Below are positions 37,002-47,184 of a DNA stretch of 64,000 nt, piece by piece. Source of the DNA: Candidatus Latescibacterota bacterium (GTDB lineage: Bacteria; Latescibacterota; UBA2968); assembly GCA_965208125.1 (NCBI GenBank), contig OZ242320.1, positions 2,848,001-2,912,000 on the forward strand, read 5' to 3'. The position numbers were made by a program, and so were the translations under genes. The notes beneath the pieces are model-generated. The model was not told the DNA's origin and ran no database searches. It was given only the letters and a program-made list of their open reading frames with translations. Within the stretch, counting starts at the first letter, position 1; the number at the start of each line of letters is the position of its first letter.

Positions 37002-38040
37002 TACTGCGATAGCCGGTCATGCGTTTCCTTTTGTCGAAGTATCCGGTACGGCTTATGACCTGGGTTATCAACACGGCAAACAGGCCGCAGATCTCGTTCA
37101 CAAATATCTCATTTGGATTGATAAACTCACAGGCAAATCCCGCGATGAACTCTGTCAAAGCGCGCGCGCTTTTCATCCCTTGATTGAAAAGCTGAGCCCG
37201 TTGCTTATGGAAGAAATTCGCGGGCTTGCCGATGGCGCGAGTATTTCTTTTGACGAAGCGCTTTTGTGTCAGGCGCGGGGCGAGGCCGCCAGTGTTCCAG
37301 CCGAGGGGTGTACGGCTTTCGCGCTTACTGGCTCTGCGACTGCCGATGGGTATCCTCTGGCTGGTCAAAATCAGGATCTCGCGGTCGAATACGCCGATGT
37401 GGCCATTCTCTTGCATGTCTGTCCTTCTGATGGTCGGCCCCGGGCATTGCTTTTCACTTTTGCGGGACAATTGGGTTATTCGGGTATGAATCAGCACGGT
37501 CTGGCTCATTTTGCCAATGCGCTTTATGATTGTCCCTGGCAGATGGGGCTGCCTCACTATCCGCTCAAACGCATTATGCTGGAGCAGAAGGGGCTGGATG
37601 CCTGTCTTCGGATTCTCAGGCAGCATCCCACCTGTTCTGCCGGGAATATGGTTTTTTGTTTTGGCGATGGGCAGATTGCCGATCTGGAAATCCGCCCCGA
37701 AGGCGTGATGCAATTTACCGATACACATCCCGATGCGATTGTTCATGCCAATCACTATCTCACCCCCGAATTTGCACCCTGCGAAACCAATAGTCTCGCC
37801 GATTCCTGCCCCCGACGCGATAGGATGCGCGATCTGGTCAAAGAACACTGGGGCGATATCACGGTGGATACGATGAAGGCCATTCTCTCGGATCACGATG
37901 GCGACCCGGCAGCGATATGTCGCCACGGTGCTGTAGATATGTTTTCTATTTCGGGTTATATCGCCGAACCCGCGAAGGGGTTGCTTCACGTGAGACGCGG
38001 ACTGGGCTGTACGGGAACGTGGACGGCTTATGAAGTATAG
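36994..38040 (+). CDS. Peptidase C45 (autoproteolytic acyltransferase/hydrolase)
   Basis: GCT cleavage site, GQNQD, GMNQHG, HANHY. Confidence 0.88.
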   Translation: MDNTAIAGHAFPFVEVSGTAYDLGYQHGKQAADLVHKYLIWIDKLTGKSRDELCQSARAFHPLIEKLSPLLMEEIRGLADGASISFDEALLCQARGEAASVPAEGCTAFALTGSATADGYPLAGQNQDLAVEYADVAILLHVCPSDGRPRALLFTFAGQLGYSGMNQHGLAHFANALYDCPWQMGLPHYPLKRIMLEQKGLDACLRILRQHPTCSAGNMVFCFGDGQIADLEIRPEGVMQFTDTHPDAIVHANHYLTPEFAPCETNSLADSCPRRDRMRDLVKEHWGDITVDTMKAILSDHDGDPAAICRHGAVDMFSISGYIAEPAKGLLHVRRGLGCTGTWTAYEV

Positions 38041-38047
38041 TGTTTTT

Positions 38048-38986
38048 TCAGGGGGTCCAGGTTTTGGCGCGTTCGGCGTAGTCGCGGGCCTGGGCGGGGA
38101 TATCTACGCCGACTTCTTCGGACCAGGCTGCGAGGAGCTGTTGATAGATAGGACCGGGTTTGCCGGTGCCGACGGGTTGGAAGTTGAAGCGTGTGATGGG
38201 TACCATGCAGATGGTGGTTGATGTGTACCAGGCTTCGTCGGCTTCTCGCACGTCGTAGGGTTCGATGTCGGTCTCATAGATGGGGATGTTCAGTCTTGTA
38301 GCGAGGTCCATGCAGACCTGACGAGAGACGCCGCGCAGGATATCGTGTGGTTTGGGTGTGTGGATTTCGCCATTGCGGGCGATGAAGAAATTGGTGCCAG
38401 TGCCTTCTGTGATAAAGCCGCGTTCGTCGGTGAGGAGGGCGTTGGCACCTTTTTCCATGCGTTGAGCCTGAAGATTGGCAATCTGGTAGTAGATGCGGCT
38501 GCGGTTTTTGGCTTTGGGATCGATGTACCGGGCGGGTACGGATTGCTGGGGCGTGATGACAAAGTGAGTGCCCTGTTCGTAATAGTGGGCACTGCCTCCA
38601 ATGTGGCGCACGAGCGGGATGACGTTGATGGTGACGATGGGACTGGCACCTTCTGTGACGAGGGTGTCGTAAAAGCCCAGGGCACCCCGGGTGACGTTGT
38701 GCATGATCTGAAAGTCCAGATTTTCCAGGGCGGTCAGATTTTTTTTTATGGTTTTGTGCGTGACGTCTTCCATCTGATCGATGCTGAGGCCGCAGTCGAT
38801 TTCGGCGTATTTCATGGAGGCGTACAGGCGTTTTAGATGGTTGCGAAGGCAGTAGGGTTTTTGCTTGAAGGAGCGGGTCATTTCAAATACCATGTCTCCA
38901 AACATCAGGGCGGAGTCGAAGATGGAGATACGGGCTTCGCGTTCGGGAACGAAGTTTCCGTTGAAATAGACGAGGCGCTGGGGCAT
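38048..38986 (-). CDS. Class IV PLP aminotransferase (BCAT/D-amino acid type)
   Basis: FGDMVFE, HLKRL, KAK, EGTGTN, LRGVSR. Confidence 0.9.
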   Translation of the reverse strand: MPQRLVYFNGNFVPEREARISIFDSALMFGDMVFEMTRSFKQKPYCLRNHLKRLYASMKYAEIDCGLSIDQMEDVTHKTIKKNLTALENLDFQIMHNVTRGALGFYDTLVTEGASPIVTINVIPLVRHIGGSAHYYEQGTHFVITPQQSVPARYIDPKAKNRSRIYYQIANLQAQRMEKGANALLTDERGFITEGTGTNFFIARNGEIHTPKPHDILRGVSRQVCMDLATRLNIPIYETDIEPYDVREADEAWYTSTTICMVPITRFNFQPVGTGKPGPIYQQLLAAWSEEVGVDIPAQARDYAERAKTWTP

Positions 38987-39111
38987 GGGGAGGCCTTTCG
39001 TAAGAGTCGGAGATTGTGAAATGGGTTGTTATATATAAAACAATTTTTTTGAAATTCAAGTGAGGATGGCGATGTAGGTCGAACTATAAACCGAAAGAGA
39101 GGATCAAGACA

Positions 39112-40167
39112 ATGGCGGAGCGATATAGAGCGGTGTTAATCGGATGCGGCAGGATGGGGGCGACGATTGACGATGAGGTGCAGGATCGTCCCGACCGTCA
39201 TTTGTGGCTTCCGTATTCACATGCAGCAGCGGCTGTGGCGTGTGAGCGGACGGAGCTCGTAGCGGTTTCGGATGTGGTAGCAGAGAAGGCAGAGGCGATC
39301 CGCCAGCGGTACGAGGTTGCGGTTTGTTATACGGATTATCGGGAGATGATTGAGAAAGAGAAGCCGGATATCGTGTGTATCGCGACCCGTCCCGCGACCC
39401 ATTCAGAGATAACGGTTTTTGCAGCCGAACACGGGATGAAGGGGATTTATTGCGAGAAGCCGTTGTGCTGTTCGATGGCAGAGGCAGACGCGATGGTAGC
39501 AGCGGTTGAGAAGTACGGTGTGAAGTTCAATTACGGTACGCAGCGGCGATATATTCCGGTTTATCGGAAGATGCGGGAACTGGCGGATGCCGGGGAATTG
39601 GGTACGGTGCAGGCTGTCATTGTGCAGGATGGGGTGACAGCGGCGTTGTGGGGGTTAACCCATGGGGCGGATATGATGTTGTTATTAGCCGGAGATGCCG
39701 AGATTGAGTACGTGCAGGGAACCATTGTGTGTGAGGATGAGGATTGGGAGGGCAATCGCCTGAATGTGGATCCGGGCATAGCCAGCGGGTACGTTCGGTT
39801 TGCCAATGGGGTTCACGGATATACAACGGCGGGCAGCGGCTCAGAGTTTGAGATTTGTGGCTCGGAGGGAAAGTTGAGAACGTTTAATAATGCGCTTGCC
39901 TATCAGTTTCGAAAGGCAAGCGGCGTGCGGTATGTGCTGGAGGAGCAGGCATTTCCAGAGGTCCCGTGCGAGAGCGGTACGGTGAATGGGATTCGGGATA
40001 TCGCGGAGGCGCTGGATACTGGGCGAGAGACAAAGGGGCCGGTTCATCTGGCGCGACGGAGCCAGGAGATGGTGATGGGGTTTATTGAGTCGCATAGATT
40101 GGGCGGCGTGCGGGTAAGTTTGCCGATGGAGAACCGAGAACTGTACGTGGGGCGGGAGGGTTGGTGA
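39112..40167 (+). CDS. Gfo/Idh/MocA oxidoreductase
   Basis: GCGRMG, CEKP; related to 14421-15518. Confidence 0.9.
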   Translation: MAERYRAVLIGCGRMGATIDDEVQDRPDRHLWLPYSHAAAAVACERTELVAVSDVVAEKAEAIRQRYEVAVCYTDYREMIEKEKPDIVCIATRPATHSEITVFAAEHGMKGIYCEKPLCCSMAEADAMVAAVEKYGVKFNYGTQRRYIPVYRKMRELADAGELGTVQAVIVQDGVTAALWGLTHGADMMLLLAGDAEIEYVQGTIVCEDEDWEGNRLNVDPGIASGYVRFANGVHGYTTAGSGSEFEICGSEGKLRTFNNALAYQFRKASGVRYVLEEQAFPEVPCESGTVNGIRDIAEALDTGRETKGPVHLARRSQEMVMGFIESHRLGGVRVSLPMENRELYVGREGW

Positions 40168-40196
40168 GTGCGCGTCATTTATTAAGGAGGATGGTG

Positions 40197-41456
40197 ATGA
40201 AGATCACGGAGATTGAGGTGATTCCGCTTCGGGTCCTGTATGAGGCGCGTATCCGGAAGGCGTATTATCATTTTGCGATGAAGGAGGAAGTGACGGTTTA
40301 TAAGTTTCATACGGATACGGGACTGATAGGGTTGGGGGAGAATGTGGGTTCGCCGTTCGGTCAGGATATGCTGGAGACTTATATCGGGACGGATCCATTT
40401 GACCACGTGATGGGACAGGGGCGGTTTAATCTGGATATGGCATGCTACGATTTGATGGGCAAGCATCTGGGGCTGCCGGCGTGGAAGTTGATGGGGCAGC
40501 AGGTGCGTCAGTGGGTGTCTATGGGGTGGTGGATGCCGTGTATGTCGGTGGAGGATACCGCGGCGGAGGTGCAGATGGCGGCAGAGCGGGGATACCGGGG
40601 GTTGAAGTGCAAGGCACGGGCGTTTTACGATGTGGTGGCATGCGCGCAGGCGATTCAGGATGTAGCGCCGGTAGATTTTCGGGTGGAGTTCGATTTTAAC
40701 GGGGCGCTGATTTGTGTGGAGAAAGCATTGCCAGTGCTGCGGGAGCTGGAGAAGATTCCGGTGGTGAAGGGGGTAGAGGAGCCAATTTTTGCGTATGATG
40801 TTGAAGGGTGGCGCAGGCTGCATGAGGCGATTCGAATACCGTTCTATCTGCACGGGGTGCGGGTGCTGTGTGAGGCGGCGTCGCGGCAGCCGTCGGGACC
40901 GTGGATAGGTCTTCGAGCGGGCGATTTTGATGGGGCGCTTTGCAGCCACGAGTGTGTGCGGGATGCACTGGCGGCGGCCTGGACTTTTGCAGCGGCGAAT
41001 ACGCCGATTTTGTTGCAGTATGTGGGAACGGGGATTACGACGGCGTTTGCGCTTCAGTTGGGCGCGGTGATGCCGACAGCGACGCTACCGGGGGTGACGG
41101 CGAGTCATTCTTATGAGGACGATTTGATTGTGGACGCGCATTCGGTGCAGCGCGGGTTTATGAAGGTTCCAGAGGGACCTGGTCTGGGTGTGGTGCTGGA
41201 TGAGGATGCCGTGGCGAAGTACCTGGATACACCTGCTGTGGAATGGCCCCGGCATGTTTCGGTGCTAACGCTGCCGGGTGGTATCAAACATTATTATCGG
41301 AATTTGCAACAGGCAGAGCGGCTGATGAAACAGGGGGTGGATGAGTCATTTGCGCCGGGCGTGCGCCTGGATGAGTGGGAGGACGATGGGAGCGAGGAAT
41401 TTGACAGGCTGTGGACCCAATTGCAGGCGCAGGATGCGCCGATTTGGGATGGGTAA
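40197..41456 (+). CDS. Mandelate racemase/muconate lactonizing enzyme family enolase
   Basis: DMACYDLMGK, KCK, DFN, EEP, PEGPGLGV; AAGGAGG RBS. Confidence 0.85.
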   Translation: MKITEIEVIPLRVLYEARIRKAYYHFAMKEEVTVYKFHTDTGLIGLGENVGSPFGQDMLETYIGTDPFDHVMGQGRFNLDMACYDLMGKHLGLPAWKLMGQQVRQWVSMGWWMPCMSVEDTAAEVQMAAERGYRGLKCKARAFYDVVACAQAIQDVAPVDFRVEFDFNGALICVEKALPVLRELEKIPVVKGVEEPIFAYDVEGWRRLHEAIRIPFYLHGVRVLCEAASRQPSGPWIGLRAGDFDGALCSHECVRDALAAAWTFAAANTPILLQYVGTGITTAFALQLGAVMPTATLPGVTASHSYEDDLIVDAHSVQRGFMKVPEGPGLGVVLDEDAVAKYLDTPAVEWPRHVSVLTLPGGIKHYYRNLQQAERLMKQGVDESFAPGVRLDEWEDDGSEEFDRLWTQLQAQDAPIWDG

Positions 41457-41458
41457 AG

Positions 41459-43006
41459 ATGAGATGGTTTCTAATAGCATTGTTGCTGTGGCCCCTGTGT
41501 GGGCAGACCGAGGAGAGAATATTGATGCAGGTTACAACGACGATTGATTTTGGCAAAGATGTGGGGCAGAACTGGGGTACGCTGTTTGAGGCGCGAGATG
41601 CAGAGGGTCGCGTGGTTTTGGGTGCGGGGTTTACAGGTGTGTATAATACGGCGTTTCGCATGGATCGATATACGTTGCAGTTTTTTGTGCGGGACGATGA
41701 AGCGGAGATGAATTTTGAGACGCTGCCGCCTTCGACGGAGGATGGGGGGAGTTATTTGTTCGATTTGGATGGCAAGGTGTACGCGTGTAGCTACCATCAG
41801 GACCGGACTGCGAGAGCGTGGGACGATGTAGCAGGTGCCTGGCAGGTGGATGAGAGTTTTGGCGTGGGTGAGACGGTGAGCGGGGAGGGCAAGATGCGGG
41901 TTGCGGGAAAGGTGCTTCAGTTTAAGGGGGGTGAGGCGTGGTATGATGGGGAGCGGGTTCTCGCAAAACCGGTGTCCGGATATTATCATCATTTTTATTA
42001 CGCGCTGGGCTATTTGACGTTTTTCTATAAGAATGAGGAGGTGGGACAGCCGTACACGAAATTGTACGCGGTGCCCTGGGTGCCGGGAGATGGGGCGGTT
42101 GATCTGAAGAAAGCAGTGGTGCTCGATCTGAAGTACGATCGGGAGACGCCGTTTGCCATTGGGCAGCTTGGGAATGAGATTGTAAATTCGTCCAATATGG
42201 GGGGGATATATGCGTTTGACGGGTCGAGGTGGAAGGTGTTGCGCGCATCATTGGAGGGGGTGAGTTTTCAGCTTTATTCGATGCTGAATTGGTATGATAA
42301 GCTGTTGATGTCGCAGTATCCAACGGGCAATTTGTTTATTTACGATGGGGAGGAGGTTCGCCATCTGAAGGATTGGCCGCCTGTGATGCCGGGTGTGTCT
42401 GATAGGGTGCGAGAGGCGCAAACAACGGGGTTTTACGGCGGGGATCTCTATGTGGGCGTTTGGCCGTGGTCCGAGTTGTGGCGGTACGATGCGTACAGGG
42501 ATCACTGGCAGTTTGTGAAGCGGATGTTCCGGCGTCCGCCAATTACGGATGAGATGAATCATCCTTGGGAAGATCGGGTTGTGGCGTATAATGAAGAATA
42601 CGATGGCGATATCGTGATCAATGAGTGGGGGCAGCGCGTGACGGGGTTGGCTCCGATGGGGGACGCGCTCTTTCTTTCCGTGAGTGCTAAGGGTTGTCCC
42701 GAGCGAGATATGCGGCTTGCATTTTTGCACGATGACGAGGTGTGGGATGAGTACCGCGTGGTGCATCGGTTGAAAAAGCCGGGGCATGTTTCTGTGCCGG
42801 TTGTGTGGCGCGAAGAGCCGACGACGCTGTTGTTCACCGTTGGCGAGACGGAGATCAGTATCAGGCAGGATGGGAAACTCCTGGGGACGGCGCCAGTTCG
42901 ACGGGAACAGGTGGAGCAGGTGGTGAAGGATGCCGAGTTTCAGTGGGAATACGGGATGTATGGGCCGCTGCGAGCGGGATTGCTGTCAAAGGTAGTGGAC
43001 CGGTAA
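41459..43006 (+). CDS. Secreted hypothetical protein, possibly a beta-propeller
   Basis: Signal peptide MRWFLIALLLWPLCG; long ORF rich in beta/aromatic segments; tight operon spacing. Confidence 0.65.
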   Translation: MRWFLIALLLWPLCGQTEERILMQVTTTIDFGKDVGQNWGTLFEARDAEGRVVLGAGFTGVYNTAFRMDRYTLQFFVRDDEAEMNFETLPPSTEDGGSYLFDLDGKVYACSYHQDRTARAWDDVAGAWQVDESFGVGETVSGEGKMRVAGKVLQFKGGEAWYDGERVLAKPVSGYYHHFYYALGYLTFFYKNEEVGQPYTKLYAVPWVPGDGAVDLKKAVVLDLKYDRETPFAIGQLGNEIVNSSNMGGIYAFDGSRWKVLRASLEGVSFQLYSMLNWYDKLLMSQYPTGNLFIYDGEEVRHLKDWPPVMPGVSDRVREAQTTGFYGGDLYVGVWPWSELWRYDAYRDHWQFVKRMFRRPPITDEMNHPWEDRVVAYNEEYDGDIVINEWGQRVTGLAPMGDALFLSVSAKGCPERDMRLAFLHDDEVWDEYRVVHRLKKPGHVSVPVVWREEPTTLLFTVGETEISIRQDGKLLGTAPVRREQVEQVVKDAEFQWEYGMYGPLRAGLLSKVVDR

Positions 43007-43073
43007 TTTGAGTAGGGATGGTCAGGATCTGCGGGCTGTTTTGCGTTACCACATTCTTATCCTGGAGGGACTC

Positions 43074-44123
43074 ATGGCTGTTACACGGGAGGATTTACAG
43101 GCTGCTATTGATCGGTTTCCGCGTACGGAATTGGCGGATTTGCCGACGCCGTTGGACGATTGTCCGCGATTTTCAGAGGCGCTGGGTGGGAAGGTGCGGG
43201 TGATGGTGAAGCGGGATGATTTGACGGGGCTGGCTTTTGGAGGGAATAAGACGCGAAAGTTTGATCTGGCGCTGGGAGACGCGGTGGCGCAAGGGGCTAC
43301 GGCGTTGATAACGGGCGCAGCGTCACAGTCCAATCACGCGCGGCAGGCGGCGGCAGCGGCTGCCAGGCTGGGGATGAAGTGCGTGCTGGTGAACCGGCAC
43401 GATCACCGCAGCCAGATGGGTATTCAGGGCAATCAGTTGCTGGATAATATTCTGGGGGCGGATGTACGGCTGGTGGTGGATGGCGTGAATCAGAATGAGG
43501 TGAAGGAACGGGTTGTGGAGGAACTGACGGCGCAAGGAGAGAAGCCCTATCTGATCGGGCAGCGTGCGGTGGTGCTGGGTACGGTGGCTTATGTGGGCTG
43601 TGTGCTGGAGATTGTGGCGCAGCTTGAAGTGATGGATGCACGGGCGGATTTTATCTGTACTGCGTCCGGGCACGGGACACATGCGGGGCTGGCTTTGGGG
43701 GTGAAAGCGCTGGGGTTGCCGATTCGGACGCAGGGGTTTTCGCCGAGCAAGGGGGATGAGACACAGCGGAGGGCGAGACTGACGGAGGTAGGCAACGAGG
43801 CGGCAGAGCTTTTGGGGCTGGATGTTCGATTGCGGGCAGAGGAGTTGGAAAATACGGATGCGTATGTGGGTGAGAATTATGGGATTGTGACGGAGGCAGG
43901 GCTAAATGCATTGCATTTGCTGGCGCGGACAGAGGGAATATTGCTTGATCCGGTATATACGAGTAAGGCGATGTCGGGGGTGATTGATCGGATTCAGACG
44001 GGAGAGATTCCAGAGGGTTCTACAGTGGTGTACGTGCATACAGGTGGGAATCCCGCGCTGTTCGCGTATGCGCCAGAGTTGATTTCACACGGGGATTATC
44101 GGCAAAATCTCGTGACGAGTTGA
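43074..44123 (+). CDS. D-cysteine desulfhydrase/ACC deaminase family PLP enzyme
   Basis: KRDD, GGNKTRK, QSNH, LDPVYT, HTGG. Confidence 0.92.
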   Translation: MAVTREDLQAAIDRFPRTELADLPTPLDDCPRFSEALGGKVRVMVKRDDLTGLAFGGNKTRKFDLALGDAVAQGATALITGAASQSNHARQAAAAAARLGMKCVLVNRHDHRSQMGIQGNQLLDNILGADVRLVVDGVNQNEVKERVVEELTAQGEKPYLIGQRAVVLGTVAYVGCVLEIVAQLEVMDARADFICTASGHGTHAGLALGVKALGLPIRTQGFSPSKGDETQRRARLTEVGNEAAELLGLDVRLRAEELENTDAYVGENYGIVTEAGLNALHLLARTEGILLDPVYTSKAMSGVIDRIQTGEIPEGSTVVYVHTGGNPALFAYAPELISHGDYRQNLVTS

Positions 44124-44165
44124 GGGAGGCTCTGGGACTGGAGGCGAATTGGGTTTGTCTGTTTC

Positions 44166-44861
44166 TTATTGGTAAACACCATCGATAAGCGTCTTTCCAA
44201 ATTCTGCGACAAACAAAAGAAAATCGCTAAGACTTATTGTTCCGTCAAAATCTAAATCGCCATGTCTCGCCCTGAAAAGAGAGTCTTGTATCGCGGTAAA
44301 AATAGGAGCTGTGCGGTTCGGGTCACTCCACACGCCCTTGTTTTGGGCCTTTGCTTCCTCTTGTGCTGATACAAACTCATTTCGCTTTTCGTATTCGTGT
44401 TCAACGTCTGCTACGCCATATCCCTGCCTTACCAATTCAAGATTAAACAAGACGCCGTCCAAATACACATAAACGAGCAACCTGCCAAAAGCGTCTTTTT
44501 GCTGGTGGTCAAAAGATAATTTTACTTTTTTTTCGTACAGTCTTTGTCGTGTGTATTCTTTCGCTTCGGGACCGTAAAAACCAACGGGTTCAAATGGGTG
44601 ATTTGTCTCTGGCGTATCTACTCCTAACAAGCGCACGGTCACTGTGTATTCTAAATGCGTAACGTCTATTGTATCGCCGTCTTTCACGTCGGTTACTGTA
44701 AAATACACATCGTCAAGGTCAACGCATCCAGAAGGCGCATGGCAATGGTAGGTGTTATCCGATGTGTCAAAGTGACCGCCCTGTGAATCTTGCCCGCCTC
44801 CGTGGGCAATCGCTAATGAACAAAAACAAAATAAACTGCCAAATATCAAAATCTTTTTCAT
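44166..44861 (-). CDS. Secreted thermonuclease (SNase) with YHYH-like N-terminus and dockerin/EF-hand-like tail
   Basis: DGDT, RLLGVDTPE, FGRLL; HGGG..GGH...YHCH; GDLDFDGTISLSDFLLF. Confidence 0.85.
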   Translation of the reverse strand: MKKILIFGSLFCFCSLAIAHGGGQDSQGGHFDTSDNTYHCHAPSGCVDLDDVYFTVTDVKDGDTIDVTHLEYTVTVRLLGVDTPETNHPFEPVGFYGPEAKEYTRQRLYEKKVKLSFDHQQKDAFGRLLVYVYLDGVLFNLELVRQGYGVADVEHEYEKRNEFVSAQEEAKAQNKGVWSDPNRTAPIFTAIQDSLFRARHGDLDFDGTISLSDFLLFVAEFGKTLIDGVYQ

Positions 44862-44891
44862 GTTTCTACTCGCCTCTCAAAAATAGCAGTT

Positions 44892-46418
44892 CTAAGCGTT
44901 TACTTCGCCTTTTAACCGCAGGCCGCGGGATACGAACACGCGCTCAAACAACTCAAACAGTCCCTGTACAATGAGCGCGAGCAATGCCGCAGGTATAGCT
45001 CCTTGTAAAATTAGACCGATATCGTCTAATCGAATCCCTGTTAAAATGGGCTGCCCATATCCCCCAGCGCCAATTAATGCCCCCAAAGTCGCCGTGCCCA
45101 CATTGATCACAGCCGACGTTTTGATGCCCGCCAGAATCGACCGCGAGGCTATCGGTAATGTTACCAGTCGAAGTTGTGCCCAGTCGGACAAACCCAATGC
45201 TGTAGCTGATTCTCGTATCCCCACTGGAATATCGTGCAATCCCGCGTATGTGTTTCGCACTATGGGCAGCAAACTGTACAAAAACAGCGCCACAATCGCA
45301 GGTGCCCCGCCAATACCCAATAACGGGATCATAAATACCAGCAGCGCCAGGGATGGAATGGTCTGAATAATGCCCACCAATCCCAAAATAATTTGTCCAC
45401 CTCTTGCCCATCGGAATGCCACAATCCCCAGGGGAATTGACACCACAATTGCCCCCCAAAGAGAAATTCCCACCAGGGTCAAATGATCCCATGTGTGCCG
45501 CCAGAATCGAGCGCCAGCAGTTTCTTTTTTTATTTTGACCTGTACATTGAGATTCTCAGCTAAAAAATCAGCCGCAACTTGGGCTTCTGACTTTTTCTCC
45601 AATTTGACCTGTGCATTCATGGCCATCATTTTTTTTTCTGAAATCAGCCCCTCTAATTTTAAAATTTCTCTTACCACTTGAGGTGCTCGATCTATCAAAT
45701 CTCCCCGATAGACAATGACGGCATTGTAAATGGGGAAATGCTGCAGGTCATCCACCAGCGACCGCAATCCGTAATACTGGATCTCGGCATCTGTCGAATA
45801 CATATCCATTACGTCAATTGTACCGCTCTCCAACCCGCGATAGGCCAGATCGTGATCCAATCCACTCACATTCTGATGTGGGAGTACGTACCGGTTCCGC
45901 AAACTCGGCCACCCATCTCCTCTGTCCATAAACTCATTGCCAAATCCCAACTTCAAGTCTGGATACTTCTTTAAATCCGAAATTGTCCGAATCCCCAGTG
46001 CCTCAGCTCTTGTTTCCACCATGCCCAGTACGTATGTATTGTTGAATCCCAGAGGCCGACTCATCACAAGGCCCATCTCTGCCAACCGGGCGCGAATATC
46101 TGCTTCATCGCGCAAATTTTCTTCTGCCAAAATTTCCCGACTCAGGGTACCTGTGTAATCTGGATAAAGATCAATATCGCCCGCAATCAATGCATTCCAC
46201 AACACCCGCGTTCCCCCCAACTCGCGCCGATGCGTAACCGATGCGTTTACACTGCGCCCGATATGAGACAGTACTTCACCCAAAATGACCGACTCGGTAA
46301 ACTTCTTTGACCCCACGACAATCTCTTGCGCCTGGGTTGATGCGCAGAACAAACAGCAAAATAGAATACACAGGGCGGTGAATTTCGCTGATGTTGTGGT
46401 GTAGTGCGTGCGCGTCAT
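44892..46418 (-). CDS. Osmoprotectant (glycine betaine/choline) ABC fused binding protein-permease
   Basis: GSKKFTES, YTGT, NNTY, QTIPSLAL, IGAGGYG. Confidence 0.92.
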   Translation of the reverse strand: MTRTHYTTTSAKFTALCILFCCLFCASTQAQEIVVGSKKFTESVILGEVLSHIGRSVNASVTHRRELGGTRVLWNALIAGDIDLYPDYTGTLSREILAEENLRDEADIRARLAEMGLVMSRPLGFNNTYVLGMVETRAEALGIRTISDLKKYPDLKLGFGNEFMDRGDGWPSLRNRYVLPHQNVSGLDHDLAYRGLESGTIDVMDMYSTDAEIQYYGLRSLVDDLQHFPIYNAVIVYRGDLIDRAPQVVREILKLEGLISEKKMMAMNAQVKLEKKSEAQVAADFLAENLNVQVKIKKETAGARFWRHTWDHLTLVGISLWGAIVVSIPLGIVAFRWARGGQIILGLVGIIQTIPSLALLVFMIPLLGIGGAPAIVALFLYSLLPIVRNTYAGLHDIPVGIRESATALGLSDWAQLRLVTLPIASRSILAGIKTSAVINVGTATLGALIGAGGYGQPILTGIRLDDIGLILQGAIPAALLALIVQGLFELFERVFVSRGLRLKGEVNA

Positions 46419-47173
46419 TTCGCTATCTCTCCCGGCGCCATACTTTCCAACGGACTTCGCTGCGCGTGAATAAATTGCGTCACAAATTCATGCGCCGGGT
46501 TTTGCATCAAATTTTTCAAGCTTCCTATCTGAACGATCTCCCCTTCTCGCATCAACATGATCTGATCCCCGAAAAATCCCGCTTCGCCCATGTCGTGTGT
46601 CACCATCACGACTGTCTTGCCCAATGTCTGAAAAATCGAACGCAAATCCGATTGCAAATCCGCCCGAATCATCGGGTCCAGGGCACCGAGTGGTTCGTCT
46701 AATAGCAATACGTCGGGGTCCAACATCAATGCACGCATCAATCCCACGCGCTGCCGCTGACCACCTGACAATTCTCCTGGAAATCGTTCCAATCCATCTG
46801 TTGGAAAATGCGTTAAAGTTGCCAATTCCTCGATCCGAGAATCGATCCGATCCTCCGCCCAACCCAGATAATTTGCCATCAACGCTACATTTTTTCGCGC
46901 TGTTAAATGCGGAAACAAGCCCCCCTCTTGAATCACATAACCCATCTTATGCCGCAGCGACAACACATTTGCTGGCGTCAGAGCTTGTCCTCCATAAGTC
47001 ACCGTGCCCTCGTCGGGCCAGATCAGTCCCACCATCAATCGAATTAAGGTTGATTTGCCACAGCCACTCGGCCCAATTAACACCGTCGTCTGTTTAGCCT
47101 GCACGCTCAGGTCAACTTCGCGCAGCGCCTGCAAATCGCCAAATGTTTTCGAAACACCTGTCACCTCAAACAT
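46415..47173 (-). CDS. Osmoprotectant ABC ATP-binding subunit
   Basis: GPSGCGKS, LSGGQRQR, LLDEP; ATG at 47173 with GGAG RBS. Confidence 0.92.
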   Translation of the reverse strand: MFEVTGVSKTFGDLQALREVDLSVQAKQTTVLIGPSGCGKSTLIRLMVGLIWPDEGTVTYGGQALTPANVLSLRHKMGYVIQEGGLFPHLTARKNVALMANYLGWAEDRIDSRIEELATLTHFPTDGLERFPGELSGGQRQRVGLMRALMLDPDVLLLDEPLGALDPMIRADLQSDLRSIFQTLGKTVVMVTHDMGEAGFFGDQIMLMREGEIVQIGSLKNLMQNPAHEFVTQFIHAQRSPLESMAPGEIAK

Positions 47174-47184
47174 AACGTCTCCGT

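Noticed and set aside
36075-37989. Long antisense ORFs of 306 and 343 aa
   Set aside because: Opposite well-supported PcfJ-like and C45 genes; no motifs
39112-44123. Strong G/T skew suggesting a foreign island or G-quadruplex tract
   Set aside because: Similar plus-strand G/T bias occurs in other regions, consistent with strand and codon bias
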